Both the position numbers and the translations under genes were made by a program. Source: Anaeramoeba ignava BMAN (Eukaryota > Protista > Anaeramoebae). Taken from it: 64,000 bases of DNA. The stretch lies in assembly GCA_028826165.1 (NCBI GenBank), contig JAPDFW010000055.1:124001-188000 (forward strand), in the 5' to 3' direction. Positions 61,984 to 64,000 of this stretch are shown here, in pieces. The notes beneath the pieces are model-generated. The model worked only from the letters and a program-made list of their open reading frames with translations. It was not told the DNA's origin and searched no databases. Every line of letters starts with the position of its first letter. Position 1 is the stretch's first letter.

Positions 61984-63825
61984 CTATTTATCAAAATTAC
62001 CCGAAATATAATTCCAAAGTTCTGGATTAAGATGAGATAATCTCTCTTTATTAACAAGAATAACAGGTTGATTGATAAATTCCTTTTTTGGAAAATAAAT
62101 TTGATGATTGGTGATATAAACATAAAATTGATTTTCTGGAAGTTTGTCTTTTTCTGTTGAAAGTTTCATATTAGTTAAATTAGAATAATATTCAATAATT
62201 GTTTGGTTTTCATATTCTTTAATTGTTTTTGTAAATAATGGATCTATTTTAGGAGAATGATTTGGATAATATTCTGGAGAAATTTGGATATAAAACAACT
62301 GTTTGTTTAATGAATAAATGATAAAATCAACAACAGGATGATCTCCAAAACATCGAATCAAAGTTCCTGGATTTAATTGTTTGATTTTCTCATTTTTGTT
62401 TTGTAAAATTTGAGAAGAAACTCCAATATGAAATGAGTTGTGAGATCTAAGATTTCCTGCTAAATCAACATTTGGCAAATCAATAAAAGTTAAAAAACCA
62501 GAATAAAAGATACTACCAACATATAATCCAAGTGAATAGAATCTTATTTCATAAAATAAAGTGAGAAGTTCAATAATTTGTGGAAATTCTCGATATATAT
62601 ATTCTGAAATTGCTTCAAATACCCATTCACAAATTGGTGAAAATCCAATTTTAGAATATCCTTGAAATAATCCAGCAACTTTCCAAATTTTTGGTAAATC
62701 ACCAACAGATTTGTTTAAAAATACTCTTTTGATGAAAGCCAATGCATTACGATCTTTATATAATTTTTGTGATTTTCTTTGTTCTATTTTTTGGAACACT
62801 TTCCAAACAATTTCTTGATAATGATTCTTTGTTTTTTGTTTTGCATCTTCAAGCCAATTAATTTGTTCATTTCTGTTTTGAAAAGCAATACTGATAAAAA
62901 AAAGAACTCTTGGAACTCTTCCAGTAATTTTTTCAAGATCTTGTTTAGGAAAATCATTGGGTAATTTCTTTAATGATTTGTAATTTTCTAAAATAGATTC
63001 AAATTCTTCTTCATTATAAACGTAAACTTCTCTATAAATAATGGGAAAATCCAATACATCAAATTTCCCGAAAGTTTGGAATTTAGAACTTATAGCCATA
63101 AGTAAAAATACATTTGAATTTGTGTAAAAATTTTTGAACTTATTTAAAAAATGTTTTTTTGGAGGTTTTTCATTCCATAAAGCATTCCATTCATCAACAA
63201 TAATTAATTTATGATATTCTTTAAATGAACCAGTCTTTAAAGCATAAATCACTTGTTTACATTTCTCAATAAGAAATTTCTTTTGATCTTCTGTGAGTAA
63301 ATTTGTTGATAAACTAATATTAAGATCATTTCTTTCCTTTTCAGAAAGTGAATCAAAAAACCATGTTCCATATCTATTCCATATATCTTTCAGAATTTGT
63401 TTTGCAGCTTCAAATTCTTCCATTTTTAAAAGTTCTTCAGTATTTGGAATATATAATACTATCCAATTTTTTAAATATGAGAAAAAAATTGCAGAATGAA
63501 AAAGAATGAATGATTTTCCAGCTCCTGATGATCCAATTAATATTGATTCTCCTCGTCCATTATTCTTGATTTTTTTGATTAATATTTGAGTTTGTTGTCT
63601 TATCAAAATTGGAAATAAATTTTCTTCTTTTTCACAATCAGAAAAAACATGAGGAAACATTGTAAATCTGTTTTGATCAATTAATACAACTTTATTTCTA
63701 TTTTTCTTTTTAATATGTTCCAAAATATTAATTTGTGTAATTTTTTCATTTTTAAATTGATTTTGTTGATTTTTAAATTGATTTAGTTGATTTTGTTGAT
63801 TATTTTTTTCAAATTTATTTTCCAT
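61984..63825 (-). CDS. P-loop NTPase + C-terminal PD-(D/E)xK-like nuclease (Crinkler/RHS-type NTPase-REase architecture)
   Basis: Walker A GSSGAGKS, Walker B LIIVDEWN, ITGRVPR motif; C-terminal HPVVDFIIY...LFYIQIS; intronless, 613 aa. Confidence 0.7.
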   Translation of the reverse strand: MENKFEKNNQQNQLNQFKNQQNQFKNEKITQINILEHIKKKNRNKVVLIDQNRFTMFPHVFSDCEKEENLFPILIRQQTQILIKKIKNNGRGESILIGSSGAGKSFILFHSAIFFSYLKNWIVLYIPNTEELLKMEEFEAAKQILKDIWNRYGTWFFDSLSEKERNDLNISLSTNLLTEDQKKFLIEKCKQVIYALKTGSFKEYHKLIIVDEWNALWNEKPPKKHFLNKFKNFYTNSNVFLLMAISSKFQTFGKFDVLDFPIIYREVYVYNEEEFESILENYKSLKKLPNDFPKQDLEKITGRVPRVLFFISIAFQNRNEQINWLEDAKQKTKNHYQEIVWKVFQKIEQRKSQKLYKDRNALAFIKRVFLNKSVGDLPKIWKVAGLFQGYSKIGFSPICEWVFEAISEYIYREFPQIIELLTLFYEIRFYSLGLYVGSIFYSGFLTFIDLPNVDLAGNLRSHNSFHIGVSSQILQNKNEKIKQLNPGTLIRCFGDHPVVDFIIYSLNKQLFYIQISPEYYPNHSPKIDPLFTKTIKEYENQTIIEYYSNLTNMKLSTEKDKLPENQFYVYITNHQIYFPKKEFINQPVILVNKERLSHLNPELWNYISGNFDK

Positions 63826-64000
63826 AAATTTAGTTTTAAATCAAAAAAAAATTTGAAAAATGAAAAATGAAAAATTTGATCAAATTTTCTTAAATAATAT
63901 TTGATTATTTTTAATAATATCAATTTATTAATACTAATAAATACTTTTTTAAAATCATTTCTTAATTAATTTTATTAATTTATTTTTATAAATTATTATT

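Overview
Very AT-rich, gene-dense, intron-containing nuclear DNA from a protist, using the standard genetic code. The composition, poly-NQ tracts, RCC1-BTB and VPS9 genes and Trichomonas-like initiator motifs suggest an anaerobic metamonad such as Anaeramoeba; this is inference and was not verified. Housekeeping genes include a VPS9-domain protein, VPS52, an AAC4-like protein, COMMD4, NUS1, TIM23, CEP44, ACBP, a HUWE1-like giant HECT protein, XPO7, a Zn-finger SDR, WDR7, NKAP, a Rab32-family GTPase and a GPR137/THH1-like membrane protein. Their long introns are filled with private micro- or minisatellites. The most unusual region is 17.6-25.8 kb, a ~3.97 kb tandem unit: three identical 5S rRNA genes bracket two copies of an antisense gene for a 7-bladed FG-GAP propeller + FN3 + TM surface protein with hypervariable blade loops. 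Each unit also carries a decayed fragment of the RCC1-BTB family, which forms its own loop-diversified tandem array at 38-43.7 kb. Other notable items are a HECT domain lacking the catalytic Cys, a prokaryote-like 13-nt loop C in the 5S rRNA, and a Crinkler/RHS-type NTPase+REase gene. Many frameshifts in homopolymers and repeats are probably assembly errors.
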